This document shows positions 43,082-52,085 of a DNA stretch of 64,000 nucleotides, piece by piece. The notes beneath the pieces are model-generated. The model was not told the origin of the DNA. It searched no databases and saw only the letters and a list, made by a program, of their open reading frames with translations. Within the stretch, counting starts at the first letter, position 1. The number at the start of each line of letters is the position of its first letter. A program made the position numbers and the translations under genes. Origin of the DNA: Colwellia sp. (GTDB lineage: Bacteria > Pseudomonadota > Gammaproteobacteria > Enterobacterales > Alteromonadaceae); the NCBI GenBank assembly GCA_016765685.1, contig JAESPR010000125.1, positions 11,844 to 75,843 of the forward strand. Direction: 5' to 3'.

Positions 43082-44245
43082 ATGCGATTAACAAATTTAA
43101 TAAAGCACTTTTTGATCATAACCAGTATTGTTTATTCTAACATCAGCAATGCCGATGAAAGTAAAATACCTGAGCCTTTTAGAGGTGAAAATAATCTATC
43201 AAGCGTTACCATTGATTATCATAGTTTGAATTACTTATTGAATAAAACAGTGATCGATATGGGGCGATCAGCGCGAAAAAAAGTGAAAAAGACTTCTTTA
43301 AACATAGGCACACGTTTGAAAAATAGTCGTAAAAGATTAACCACATTAGAGGGTAATCGTTTTTATTTTGAGGCCTTTAAAAGTGAAAAAAACAGAAAAG
43401 TGCTGCATAACATTAGAACTGAATTGGAGCAGCTTCCTGCGAAAGCGCCACTGTATCATTTCTCTAAAAAAGAGCAGTTAGCTTACTGGTTGAATTTATA
43501 TAATGTAACCATATTAGATGAAATAGTAGCCGTGTATCCGAAGAGAAATTTAGCGTCTTTGTTTGAGGGTGAAAATGCTTTAGTTAATCAAAAAATCTTA
43601 AATGTCGCCAATATAGCCTTGAGCTTAAATGATATTAAAAATGTTATTTTAAAAGAAAAATATAATCATGATCCTGATATTTTATATGGTTTATATCAAG
43701 GTTTTATTGGTGCCCCTAATATTCGTAAAAAGGCCTATACTGGCGCTAATGTATATAATGCCTTAAAGGATAATGCCGAGGAATTTATTAACTCAAACCG
43801 TGGCACCTACAGCAAAAATAAAAATACATTTTATATTTCAAATTTATATGAGAGAAATGCGGATTATTTCCCTAATTTTAAAATAGATGTAACGGCACAT
43901 ATATTGAAACATCTTGAGGGTTATCATCGTTCGCGACTTGAAATGGCCTCAACGGTGAAAGCCAATATTAGTAATTGGCGTATTACCGATCTTTATGGAA
44001 CAGTTCGTCGTTATGGCGGAGGCAATAATACTAATAGTGCAGCACTGCTTAATGCGGTGGTAGGCTCTAATACAGCGAGCAATAGTGCTATGTCAGCTAG
44101 CTTAACTAATGCTGTCGGAAGTTTACAGTCTGGTTTATTAACACCTGAACAAAATGAAATTTTATCACAATTACATTTTGTACATCTTAGAAATGCAGGA
44201 AGTGTCACGGTCACTGATCTTGATGAATCAAAAAACATCAAATGA
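43082..44245 (+). CDS. exported DUF547 domain protein
   Basis: Signal peptide (SNA-D); EQLAYWLNLYN, LSLNDI, LYGLYQG..GAPNIR, EFINSNRG; paralog of the central part of the upstream gene. Confidence 0.85.
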   Translation: MRLTNLIKHFLIITSIVYSNISNADESKIPEPFRGENNLSSVTIDYHSLNYLLNKTVIDMGRSARKKVKKTSLNIGTRLKNSRKRLTTLEGNRFYFEAFKSEKNRKVLHNIRTELEQLPAKAPLYHFSKKEQLAYWLNLYNVTILDEIVAVYPKRNLASLFEGENALVNQKILNVANIALSLNDIKNVILKEKYNHDPDILYGLYQGFIGAPNIRKKAYTGANVYNALKDNAEEFINSNRGTYSKNKNTFYISNLYERNADYFPNFKIDVTAHILKHLEGYHRSRLEMASTVKANISNWRITDLYGTVRRYGGGNNTNSAALLNAVVGSNTASNSAMSASLTNAVGSLQSGLLTPEQNEILSQLHFVHLRNAGSVTVTDLDESKNIK

Positions 44246-44421
44246 AAAATAAACTGATAACAAGTAGCTTTCTTTAGGTTTGCTCAAACCAGTACCCATT
44301 AATAGTGGGGCTGGCTTTTAGTTAAGATAGCGGTGCATTTTATAATTGTATTAGCAGTGAACTCAACAATCATTTATATTAGCTAAATGATAGCGCTGTC
44401 ATTTAGCGTAAATTTCACTCT

Positions 44422-45510
44422 TTGGATATTATTATGACCCGATACCTTGCTCTTGATGCCTTTAGAGGTATAACCATTGCTTTGATGATTTTAGTCAATA
44501 CCCCCGGCACTTGGTCGCATGTATATGCACCGTTATTACACGTCCATTGGCATGGTAGTACCCCAACAGATTTAGTGTTTCCTTTTTTCTTGTTTATTAT
44601 TGGCTCGGCACTTTTTTTCTCTTGTCGAAAAAGCGACTTTAGAGCCACACCTGAACAATTTATCAGCATTGTCAAACGTGGTGTTATCATGTTTTTTATT
44701 GGTTTACTGCTCAATGTTATTCCATTTAATGCACCGATAGAAGAATGGCGTATCATGGGGGTATTACAGCGTATTGGTATCGCTTACATTATTGCGGCAA
44801 GTTTAGTTTTACTCTTAAATCGTCGGGGCGTTTTTATTGTCTCAACGGTTATTTTATTAAGCTACTGGTTATTACTCATGAGTGTTGGTGAAGCCAGTTT
44901 AACCTTTGAGGGTAATATTATTCGTCAGTTTGATTTGACTGTGCTTGGGGCTAACCATATGTATAACATGCGTGGTGTTAGTTTTGACCCTGAAGGGTTG
45001 TTAAGTACTTTGCCTGCGGTGGTAAATATGCTGTTAGGTTTTGAATTAACCCGTTACTTAACCAGTATAAAAGATAAAAGCTCTAGCGTTATCAAGCTTA
45101 TCATTATTGGTGGGCTTGCCATCGGTTTCGGTGCATTATGGAGCTTGGTTTTACCTATTAATAAATCGTTATGGACCAGCTCTTATGTTATTTATAGTAC
45201 AGGTTTTGCCTGCCTGTTATTAGCTGTTTTTGTGTGGTTAATTGATGTTAAAGGCCAAGATAAATTAGTCGCACCCTTGCTTGTTTATGGCACAAATCCT
45301 CTGTTTATCTATGTTTTGTCCTTTTTGTTCGTTACTGTTTACTTAAATACTTCCATTGGCGACCGTACCTTGTACAGTTGGTTATATGGGCAATTCAAGC
45401 TTATTGCAGAGCCTACACTAGCGTCATTCTTATTTGCTTTTAGTCATGTTTTATTGTTTTGGTTTGTGTCTTTAAAGCTGTATCAACGCAAAATATTCAT
45501 AAAAATTTAA
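44422..45510 (+). CDS. heparan-alpha-glucosaminide N-acetyltransferase-like membrane protein
   Basis: LDAFRGITIALMILVN, HWHG.TPTDLVFPFFLF, GVLQRI, DPEGLLST, PINKSLWTSSY. Confidence 0.85.
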   Translation: MDIIMTRYLALDAFRGITIALMILVNTPGTWSHVYAPLLHVHWHGSTPTDLVFPFFLFIIGSALFFSCRKSDFRATPEQFISIVKRGVIMFFIGLLLNVIPFNAPIEEWRIMGVLQRIGIAYIIAASLVLLLNRRGVFIVSTVILLSYWLLLMSVGEASLTFEGNIIRQFDLTVLGANHMYNMRGVSFDPEGLLSTLPAVVNMLLGFELTRYLTSIKDKSSSVIKLIIIGGLAIGFGALWSLVLPINKSLWTSSYVIYSTGFACLLLAVFVWLIDVKGQDKLVAPLLVYGTNPLFIYVLSFLFVTVYLNTSIGDRTLYSWLYGQFKLIAEPTLASFLFAFSHVLLFWFVSLKLYQRKIFIKI

Positions 45511-45603
45511 TTACCGTCATTTAGACAAATTACACCGATACATCAGTAACTTTATTGCTATGCTTAAGGGAGAAACGTTTATTATAAGGATAAGTTATCG
45601 GGC

Positions 45604-46986
45604 GTGAATAAAGTTAAACTGTCTCAAGACGAAAACTTATCTATTAAAATTAGCCATCAATTGCTGCCACAAGCACAGCAACGTATCGATCTTTACTTTT
45701 CTTTGCCGGTTGAAATGGGCATCAGTGCGAGCACCTTAAATGTTGAAGATTTTTTTTACAGTAATATAAAGAGCCATAGTGCGTATTATTCCGATCAATT
45801 GCACCTTCCTTTAGTTAGAAGTCGTTTTATTAGCCAACGTTTTGAAGGAGAAAATAAAGACCGACAAAGTGATTACCGATTAAACTTAAATTTATATTCA
45901 TATCAACTGAAAATTGCGCTTGATGCCGATATAAAACAAACGCTAAAGTTAAAAAGTGCAGAAGAGTTTTATCCAGCGGCTATTGAACTTGCAGACCAAA
46001 TTGCTAATTTAACTAAAAAACTGCGTCGTTATACACCTTCAGATCGTAAACTCAGTTCTTTTTTTGAAAATGCCGATAATTATTTAAGTTGGCATATTGA
46101 ACAGTCGTTTCTAAAACTATTATCTAAAGGGCCTAAAAGCAGTTACTTCTCAACCGAACGAGAATTCTTATTCAATTTCTGCCGTGATGAAAATAATTAT
46201 CGGATAGACTGCAAATACAACTCACAAGTAACCCTTGATGATCCTAACCGTATTACCAATAAAATGCGGTTATTACAGCGTTTAATTGAATATGGGGTGG
46301 TTTTTCAAAAACAAACGCGGTATTTAGATCTTAATCTAAAACGTTTAGTGCGAGGCAGTGTAACAGCAGTAATCATGGCTTTTGTGATGGTGTTGGTACT
46401 TAACGCGCGTTCAAACTTTACCGAAGTGACCGTAGCACTGATTGCTTTTTTAGGTTTAATCTACGGTTTGCGGGAAACTTTTAAAGAAGATTTGACCAGT
46501 CTTATTTGGCGGAAAATTCAAAAAGGCCGACCTAAATGGCAACATTTATTTCGTCAGAGTATCAATCAAAAACGTATTTTAAGCCAAATTTTGTGGTTAG
46601 AGTATATAAATAATAAAGACTTACCCAAAACAGTAAATGAATTATTTCAGCAACGCCGGCAACAAAATAAACAAGCGGCACGTTTGTTACATTTTCGCTG
46701 CGACTATAGGGTAATAGCCAAAGAGTTTTTGCCTGGTTATGATGAAATTCAACAGCAAATTTTTTTCAACCTCACACCTTTTGTGCGTTTTTTGAAAAAA
46801 GGTGCCGGCCGTTTATATAACTTAGACGGGCAGAAAATATCAAGCCAAGCGGTCGAGCGTCGTTACCAAATTAACCTTATTCTGCGTCACATCGACAAAG
46901 AAGGAGAACATTTACAACGCTTTAAAATCACCTTAAATCGCAGTGAAATTGTTAATATTGAAGCTATAACGGTAGCTGATAACTAA
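45604..46986 (+). CDS. hypothetical protein with a central TM hairpin
   Basis: 460-aa ORF, GTG start with AGGA upstream, two adjacent hydrophobic helices. Confidence 0.7.
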   Translation: MNKVKLSQDENLSIKISHQLLPQAQQRIDLYFSLPVEMGISASTLNVEDFFYSNIKSHSAYYSDQLHLPLVRSRFISQRFEGENKDRQSDYRLNLNLYSYQLKIALDADIKQTLKLKSAEEFYPAAIELADQIANLTKKLRRYTPSDRKLSSFFENADNYLSWHIEQSFLKLLSKGPKSSYFSTEREFLFNFCRDENNYRIDCKYNSQVTLDDPNRITNKMRLLQRLIEYGVVFQKQTRYLDLNLKRLVRGSVTAVIMAFVMVLVLNARSNFTEVTVALIAFLGLIYGLRETFKEDLTSLIWRKIQKGRPKWQHLFRQSINQKRILSQILWLEYINNKDLPKTVNELFQQRRQQNKQAARLLHFRCDYRVIAKEFLPGYDEIQQQIFFNLTPFVRFLKKGAGRLYNLDGQKISSQAVERRYQINLILRHIDKEGEHLQRFKITLNRSEIVNIEAITVADN

Positions 46987-47168
46987 TAACAAGGCGTTAA
47001 AGTATTACTAATAAATTTTCTGGTTTATTGCCTTAATTGTTTTCTTTGTTTCATCATATTGAAATTATCTTTATATTTATTTAATCTCTTCAGATCATAT
47101 AATGGCTATTTAAGTCTGTGCACGTTAAATATGCTGATTGCCTACCTGAATAATAAAAGGAATTTCAT

Positions 47169-48011
47169 TTGAAACTACCAATATATACCTTGTCGCTACT
47201 GTTAATATTTACTTTGAATCTTTCAATGGCATCAGAAACTACTTCTTTTCAAATTCCGAGGAGTGAAGTTGTTGAAATAAAAGATCCTAAGAGTCAGCGC
47301 ATTTATCCTTTATTTATAAAACTACCCAAATCTTATGTTAGAAATGACAATAAAACTTACCCTGTTATTTATTTAACTGATGCTTGGTACTCATTTCAAG
47401 TAGTTTCAGGAGCAACTCGGTATCCGATGAATGCGAACAAAATGAAAGAAGCTATTATTGTCGGTATTTCATACGCCAAAGGTTCGAGAGGGGATTCTAG
47501 TCGAGTACGAGATTATACACCGTCACACAACAAAGCTTGGAAGCAGCAAACCGGTGGTGCTCAACAGCATATGGAGTTCATTGAAAATAGTGTTATTAAA
47601 TATATGGAAAAAAATTATCGTACTGATCCCAGTGATAGAACTTTCATTGGCAATTCTCTTGGTGGGTTATTCGGTACCTATATACTATTAACTAAGCCGG
47701 CATTATTTAAAAATTACATACTTGGTAGCCCTTCCTATTGGTTCGATAATAGGTTTATATTTCGATTAGAAAAAAGGGCTGGAATAAAAAATATTAATGC
47801 CAATGTATTTATTGCCATTGGTGAACGCGAATCAAAAGCATTAGAAAGTAGTTATGAAATGGTTAATGATGCTAAAACCTTTTATAAAAAGATGCTTGCT
47901 TGGCAGCAACCCAAGCTAAAAGCAAAAATATTGATAATTCCTGAAGCTAATCATCAAACGGCATTTCCTACCACGGCGATTCAAGGCTTGCATTGGGTTT
48001 ACTCAAAATAG
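47169..48011 (+). CDS. exported alpha/beta hydrolase (IroE/putative esterase family)
   Basis: YPVIYLTD, RVRDYTP, GNSLGG nucleophile elbow, H in EANHQTAFP. Confidence 0.85.
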   Translation: MKLPIYTLSLLLIFTLNLSMASETTSFQIPRSEVVEIKDPKSQRIYPLFIKLPKSYVRNDNKTYPVIYLTDAWYSFQVVSGATRYPMNANKMKEAIIVGISYAKGSRGDSSRVRDYTPSHNKAWKQQTGGAQQHMEFIENSVIKYMEKNYRTDPSDRTFIGNSLGGLFGTYILLTKPALFKNYILGSPSYWFDNRFIFRLEKRAGIKNINANVFIAIGERESKALESSYEMVNDAKTFYKKMLAWQQPKLKAKILIIPEANHQTAFPTTAIQGLHWVYSK

Positions 48012-48327
48012 AGAAGTTAAAAGTTGGGTGATAAATTTTTTGGCAAGCATTACGCAAAGACAGTATGACTAATTAAGATCAATCAGTAACAACACCAGGT
48101 TTAAGACTAATATTCGAAGCTGAATCAGAGCGAAATTCAACCCGTTTTTTTGACCGTTTGGTTTATGGCAATGAAATACCTAAGTTGAAAGTTTAACTGA
48201 CTTCTGAATTATATTAGACCGCAATTGCTTTTGTGAAGTTAACTAATAATTAGTATAATTAATTATAGTTTCAGCTATTACTCTCGTTGCTGAATTCGTT
48301 TTTATTCAAAGGTTTTGTTATTAATAT

Positions 48328-49320
48328 ATGATTTCTCATAAGCTATCCGTTGCGCCCATGCTCGATTGGACTGACAAACATTGTCGTTATTTTTATCGCT
48401 TAATGTCAGCCCATACGGTGCTTTATACAGAAATGGTCACCACCGGTGCTATTTTACATGGTAAAGGTGACTATTTATCGTATAACAATGCGGAACATCC
48501 GTTGGTGTTACAACTTGGCGGCAGTGATGTGAAAGCGATGACAGAATGCGCTAAAATTGCGGAGCAATATGGTTATGATGAAATTAATATTAATGTCGGT
48601 TGCCCGTCTGAACGCGTGCAAAATGGTCGTTTTGGCGCGTGTTTAATGGCCGAGCCACAGCTAGTTGCAGATTGTGTTAGTGAAATGCAAGCGGCGACTA
48701 CTGTTCCTGTTACTGTTAAATCTCGAATTGGCATTGACGATTTAGACAGTTATGAATTTTTGTACCAATTTATTGATACCGTGGCACAAGCGGGTTGTCA
48801 GCATTTTATTATTCATGCTCGCAAAGCATGGCTCACGGGGTTAAGTCCGAAGCAAAATCGAGATGTTCCTCCTCTTGATTATTCACGTGTTTATCAAATT
48901 AAACGAGATTTTTTACCATTAAAAATCTCTATTAATGGCGGCATTAAAAGCTTAGCTGAGGCTAAGAATCATCTGCAACATATTGATGGCGTGATGATTG
49001 GGCGAGAAATTTATAATAACCCTTATATGCTAGCGACAGTTGACCAAGAGGTTTATGGAGTTGAAAAAGTGGCTATTTCCCGTGAGCAGGTTATTCATTT
49101 GATGGCTGATTACATTGATACTTATGTCAGCACTACGCCTGAACAGGCTAACAGTCATCATAATCCGCGAGCATGGCATGTGCTTCGTCATATGTTGGGG
49201 CTTTGTAATGGTTTAGCGGGAGCTCGTCAATATCGGCGTTATTTGAGTGAGTGTGCGGGTAAGTCTGACGCTAATGGTGATACTTTAAAGGAGGCTTTTG
49301 ATAAAGTTCATTGTGCTTAA
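48328..49320 (+). CDS. dusA: tRNA-dihydrouridine(20/20a) synthase
   Basis: SVAPMLDWTD, QLGGS, NINVGCPS, KSRIGID, HARKAWL, INGGI. Confidence 0.96.
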   Translation: MISHKLSVAPMLDWTDKHCRYFYRLMSAHTVLYTEMVTTGAILHGKGDYLSYNNAEHPLVLQLGGSDVKAMTECAKIAEQYGYDEININVGCPSERVQNGRFGACLMAEPQLVADCVSEMQAATTVPVTVKSRIGIDDLDSYEFLYQFIDTVAQAGCQHFIIHARKAWLTGLSPKQNRDVPPLDYSRVYQIKRDFLPLKISINGGIKSLAEAKNHLQHIDGVMIGREIYNNPYMLATVDQEVYGVEKVAISREQVIHLMADYIDTYVSTTPEQANSHHNPRAWHVLRHMLGLCNGLAGARQYRRYLSECAGKSDANGDTLKEAFDKVHCA

Positions 49321-49343
49321 CTACTCATTTTTACTAATACTTA

Positions 49344-49502
49344 TACCAATTGCACTAAGTAAGTGATCATTTTCAAATGGCCTAAATATCCAATAACATC
49401 GTTGCTTTCAATCCCAATAGCCAGCTATTGCTCAATCAAGCGCCTTGTTCTTGAAAGTTTATTCTCATTGAATTCTGTACCCTTAATTAATCCAAGTGGT
49501 AT
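49344..49502. mobile_element. MITE (159 bp) with IS630-type ends
   Basis: ATACCAATTGCACTAAGTAAG vs reverse-complemented ATACCACTTGGATTAATTAAG (17/21); flanked by TA; internal hairpin CAATAGC-CA-GCTATTG; no ORF. Confidence 0.75.
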
Positions 49503-49506
49503 TATA

Positions 49507-49537
49507 CCGATTTAAGGATTACTTATCCTTAAATCGG
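49507..49537. repeat. perfect 13-bp inverted repeat abutting the MITE
   Basis: CCGATTTAAGGAT-TACTT-ATCCTTAAATCGG. Confidence 0.7.
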
Positions 49538-49609
49538 GAAAATTCAACCGTTGCGGTTTATTCATTTATATTTCAAAATAACTATTTTGTTACAAAGTTT
49601 ACTAAAAAA

Positions 49610-49737
49610 TAGTTATTTAAACCAAGTTAGCTTCAATTCCTACTTCCTCTGTTTTATCAAAAAGTCATCAAATAAAAATAAATAGCTTAAATATCAAATA
49701 ATTAAATAATAACTAAAACTATGGCACAACCTTTGTA
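49610..49737 (+). promoter_or_regulatory. sigma-54 promoter 1 (Psp type) with putative activator and IHF sites
   Basis: TGGCACAACCTTTGTA at 49722-49737; IHF-like TATCAAATAATTA at 49692; palindrome TAGTTATTTAAACCAA at 49610. Confidence 0.68.
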
Positions 49738-49836
49738 ATAGTTATTACGACTTATTACTAAGGTTTATGATTTTTAGCGCTAGTTGGGCTGTCTTAAACT
49801 ATTTAATATTTTGTAACATAATGACAAGGACAAATC

Positions 49837-49938
49837 ATGTTAACTGCAACTTCTTTATTCGCTTTAATGATGGTGCCAGCTATATCTATGCTTGCTTTAT
49901 CTTTACTTGTTGGTTTTTTCGAACAAAAAACAGCTTAA
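49837..49938 (+). CDS. unannotated 33-aa hydrophobic small protein
   Basis: AAGGA-N6-ATG; MLTATSLFALMMVPAISMLALSLLVGFFEQKTA; downstream of a sigma-54 promoter. Confidence 0.6.
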   Translation: MLTATSLFALMMVPAISMLALSLLVGFFEQKTA

Positions 49939-50094
49939 GACAAGCAGTGCTTACCCGTTAGTTTCAAGCTAAATCGATTCCTGCCCAAAAAATACTCGTA
50001 GCTTTTCAGATACCTCACACTTTTTTATTTTAAATAACTCATCTAATTTCACAAATACCAACAATATTACTTCTGCTTTATCACTTGTTTTTAA

Positions 50095-50243
50095 TTGGTC
50101 AATTTGACTATTGATGTGGTTGATTTAACTATTTTATCGTTTGACATAATATGTCGACGGTTGATCTGTTTACTGTGGTTTTTGATATTATCGTTTAAAA
50201 TCAATAAGATAAAAAATACTCATCTGTTGGCATGACACTTGTA
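50095..50243 (+). promoter_or_regulatory. sigma-54 promoter 2 with two PspF-like UAS and an IHF-like site
   Basis: TGGCATGACACTTGTA at 50228-50243; TTGGTCAATTTGACTA (50095) and TGGTTGATTTAACTA (50117); AATCAATAAGATA near 50199. Confidence 0.78.
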
Positions 50244-50332
50244 ATAACTAATTCACAAACGATAACAACATCAGCGTTGTTAGTGATTTAAACAAATTTT
50301 TAAATAAACAGTACATAAGAAGGAATTTCAAT

Positions 50333-50674
50333 ATGAACACTTTAAACCGTAAAAATATCAGCATGACTTTATTCATTACACTAGGTGCTATGTTTAGTAT
50401 CAATGCCAACGCAACTGAGACAGCAAGCATCGAAAACTCATTAAGCGAGATGATGTTAGCACAAGGTCAGCAAGTAGTAAGTGACTTAGCGGTGCAATTA
50501 CAACAGTCAATCACAGCAGAAATAAACAGCTTTAGTATCGATTTTTCATTTGATGAATCATTTACAGAGTCGCTGGCATGGTTAACTGAAGAGCAAGCAA
50601 TGCTTCTAAATGACGAAAATAAAATCGCTATGCCGGCACAAAAAAATTCAACCACAAAAAACAAATTATTGTAA
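50333..50674 (+). CDS. hypothetical exported acidic helical protein, first gene of the psp operon
   Basis: AAGGA ribosome-binding site; signal peptide ending ANA. Confidence 0.72.
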   Translation: MNTLNRKNISMTLFITLGAMFSINANATETASIENSLSEMMLAQGQQVVSDLAVQLQQSITAEINSFSIDFSFDESFTESLAWLTEEQAMLLNDENKIAMPAQKNSTTKNKLL

Positions 50675-50691
50675 TAGTAGGAGAAAAAATT

Positions 50692-51366
50692 ATGGGATTA
50701 TTTACACGTTTTACCGATATCGTTAATGCCAACTTAAACAGTATGCTTGATAAAGCTGAGCAACCAGAAAAAATGATCCGTTTGATCATTCAAGAAATGG
50801 AAGAAACTTTAGTTGAAGTGCGCGCTACCGCAGCAAAAAATATTGCTGAGCAAAAAACACACACCCGTCGGGTGAAATCAGCAAAAGCAAATGTGGGGCA
50901 TTGGCATGGTAAAGCTGAGTTAGCGCTAACGAAAAAAAGAGAAGATCTTGCTAAGTTAGCACTTACGCAAAAGCATAAGTATCAAGGTGAGTTAGACATA
51001 CTTGAGCACGAAAACGATAAATTATCTGGGTTTTTAGCTAAAGTGCAAGACGACGCCACTCGTTTGCAAGAAAAGTTGTTTGAAGCAAAGCGACGTCAAG
51101 AAGCATATAGCCTACGTCAAGAGTCAGTGCAAGTACGATTAAAAGTGCGCGAGCAGGGGGCTATTTATAACATTGAAGAGGCGATGAGTAAGTTTGAACG
51201 GTATCAGCAAAAAATAGATTGTGCTGAAGCTCAAGTTGAAGCTTATGATTTAATGCAGGTAAGTGCTGAAGGACAAAATTTAACTGCGCAATTTGCACAG
51301 TTGGAAAAAGATGAAACTATCGAGCAAGAGTTAGCACTGATGAAGAAAAAAGTGTCTGCAGCATAA
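50692..51366 (+). CDS. pspA: phage shock protein A
   Basis: MGLFTRFTDIVNANLNSMLDKAEQPEKMIRLIIQEMEETLVEVR; coiled coil; KFERYQQKID..EA. Confidence 0.93.
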   Translation: MGLFTRFTDIVNANLNSMLDKAEQPEKMIRLIIQEMEETLVEVRATAAKNIAEQKTHTRRVKSAKANVGHWHGKAELALTKKREDLAKLALTQKHKYQGELDILEHENDKLSGFLAKVQDDATRLQEKLFEAKRRQEAYSLRQESVQVRLKVREQGAIYNIEEAMSKFERYQQKIDCAEAQVEAYDLMQVSAEGQNLTAQFAQLEKDETIEQELALMKKKVSAA

Positions 51367-51464
51367 CCCTTGAGCAATAACTGTTTGGTTAAGTGAATAA
51401 GTATACTGAGTAAATTTTTATTGTTACTCAGTATCATAAGAATGTTAAAGAAGGAATTAAGAGC

Positions 51465-51695
51465 ATGAGATACGACAGAGAGTATTCATCAAGTCACAAT
51501 ATTAATAAAAGATTGTCAAAAGACAGTGTACATAAAAAAGTATCAGGTGTTTGTGCCGGTATTGCCAAACATTATGACTTACCTCGCATTGCGGTAAGAA
51601 TAGCGGCTATTGGCGCTTTGATTATGTTACCTATAGCAACAGGTGTTGCTTATGTGGTTGCTAGTGTTTTGTTACCTGAAAGTCGGTACAAGTAA
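51465..51695 (+). CDS. pspC: PspC domain protein
   Basis: KKVSGVCAGIAKHY..VRI..AYVVASVLLP. Confidence 0.85.
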   Translation: MRYDREYSSSHNINKRLSKDSVHKKVSGVCAGIAKHYDLPRIAVRIAAIGALIMLPIATGVAYVVASVLLPESRYK

Positions 51696-51728
51696 TTCAA
51701 TGATATTGCTGTGCTTAGGAGGATTACC

Positions 51729-52085
51729 ATGACATTTTTCAAATCTTTATTATTAGCAATATTTGCGACCCTCTTTTTAACCTATGTTTTGGGTATTAGT
51801 TTTTTAGAGTTATTCGACATTAATGTCACCATGAATGGCGAATTAATTGAGCCATTAAAAGCAATAGGAGTTTCAGCCGTGGCAACTGTTATTTTAGTAT
51901 TAATTGCGTTAGCTATTGTGTTAAGCGTATTTGGCTCATTAATTTTTATAGGGCTATTAATCGCGGGTGCGTTAGTTATGGTGGCAATAGGTGTTTTCTG
52001 GCCGGTATTTTTAATCGCGGGTATTATCTGGTTAGTGTCTAGTAATAAATCTGTAAAACATGATGATCGCGTTAGAGAAAATTAG
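51729..52085 (+). CDS. small multi-TM membrane protein (possibly PspG-like)
   Basis: AGGAGG ribosome-binding site; three to four hydrophobic segments; last gene of the psp cluster. Confidence 0.7.
   Translation: MTFFKSLLLAIFATLFLTYVLGISFLELFDINVTMNGELIEPLKAIGVSAVATVILVLIALAIVLSVFGSLIFIGLLIAGALVMVAIGVFWPVFLIAGIIWLVSSNKSVKHDDRVREN

Noticed and set aside
46987-47000. TAACAAGGCGTTAA resembling the start of an attC site
   Set aside because: Only 14 bp, with no complementary arm; could be chance.
48020-48320. Possible gene remnant upstream of dusA
   Set aside because: Only short open stretches with no recognisable motif.
38931-48327. dusA-associated integrative element between zur and dusA
   Set aside because: The block looks accessory, but there is no integrase and no duplicated dusA 5' fragment or att repeat.
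49767-49961. 64-aa ORF in the track
   Set aside because: Weaker ribosome-binding site and implausible composition; the overlapping 33-aa frame (49837-49938) has a better site and a clear TM helix. Not fully excluded.
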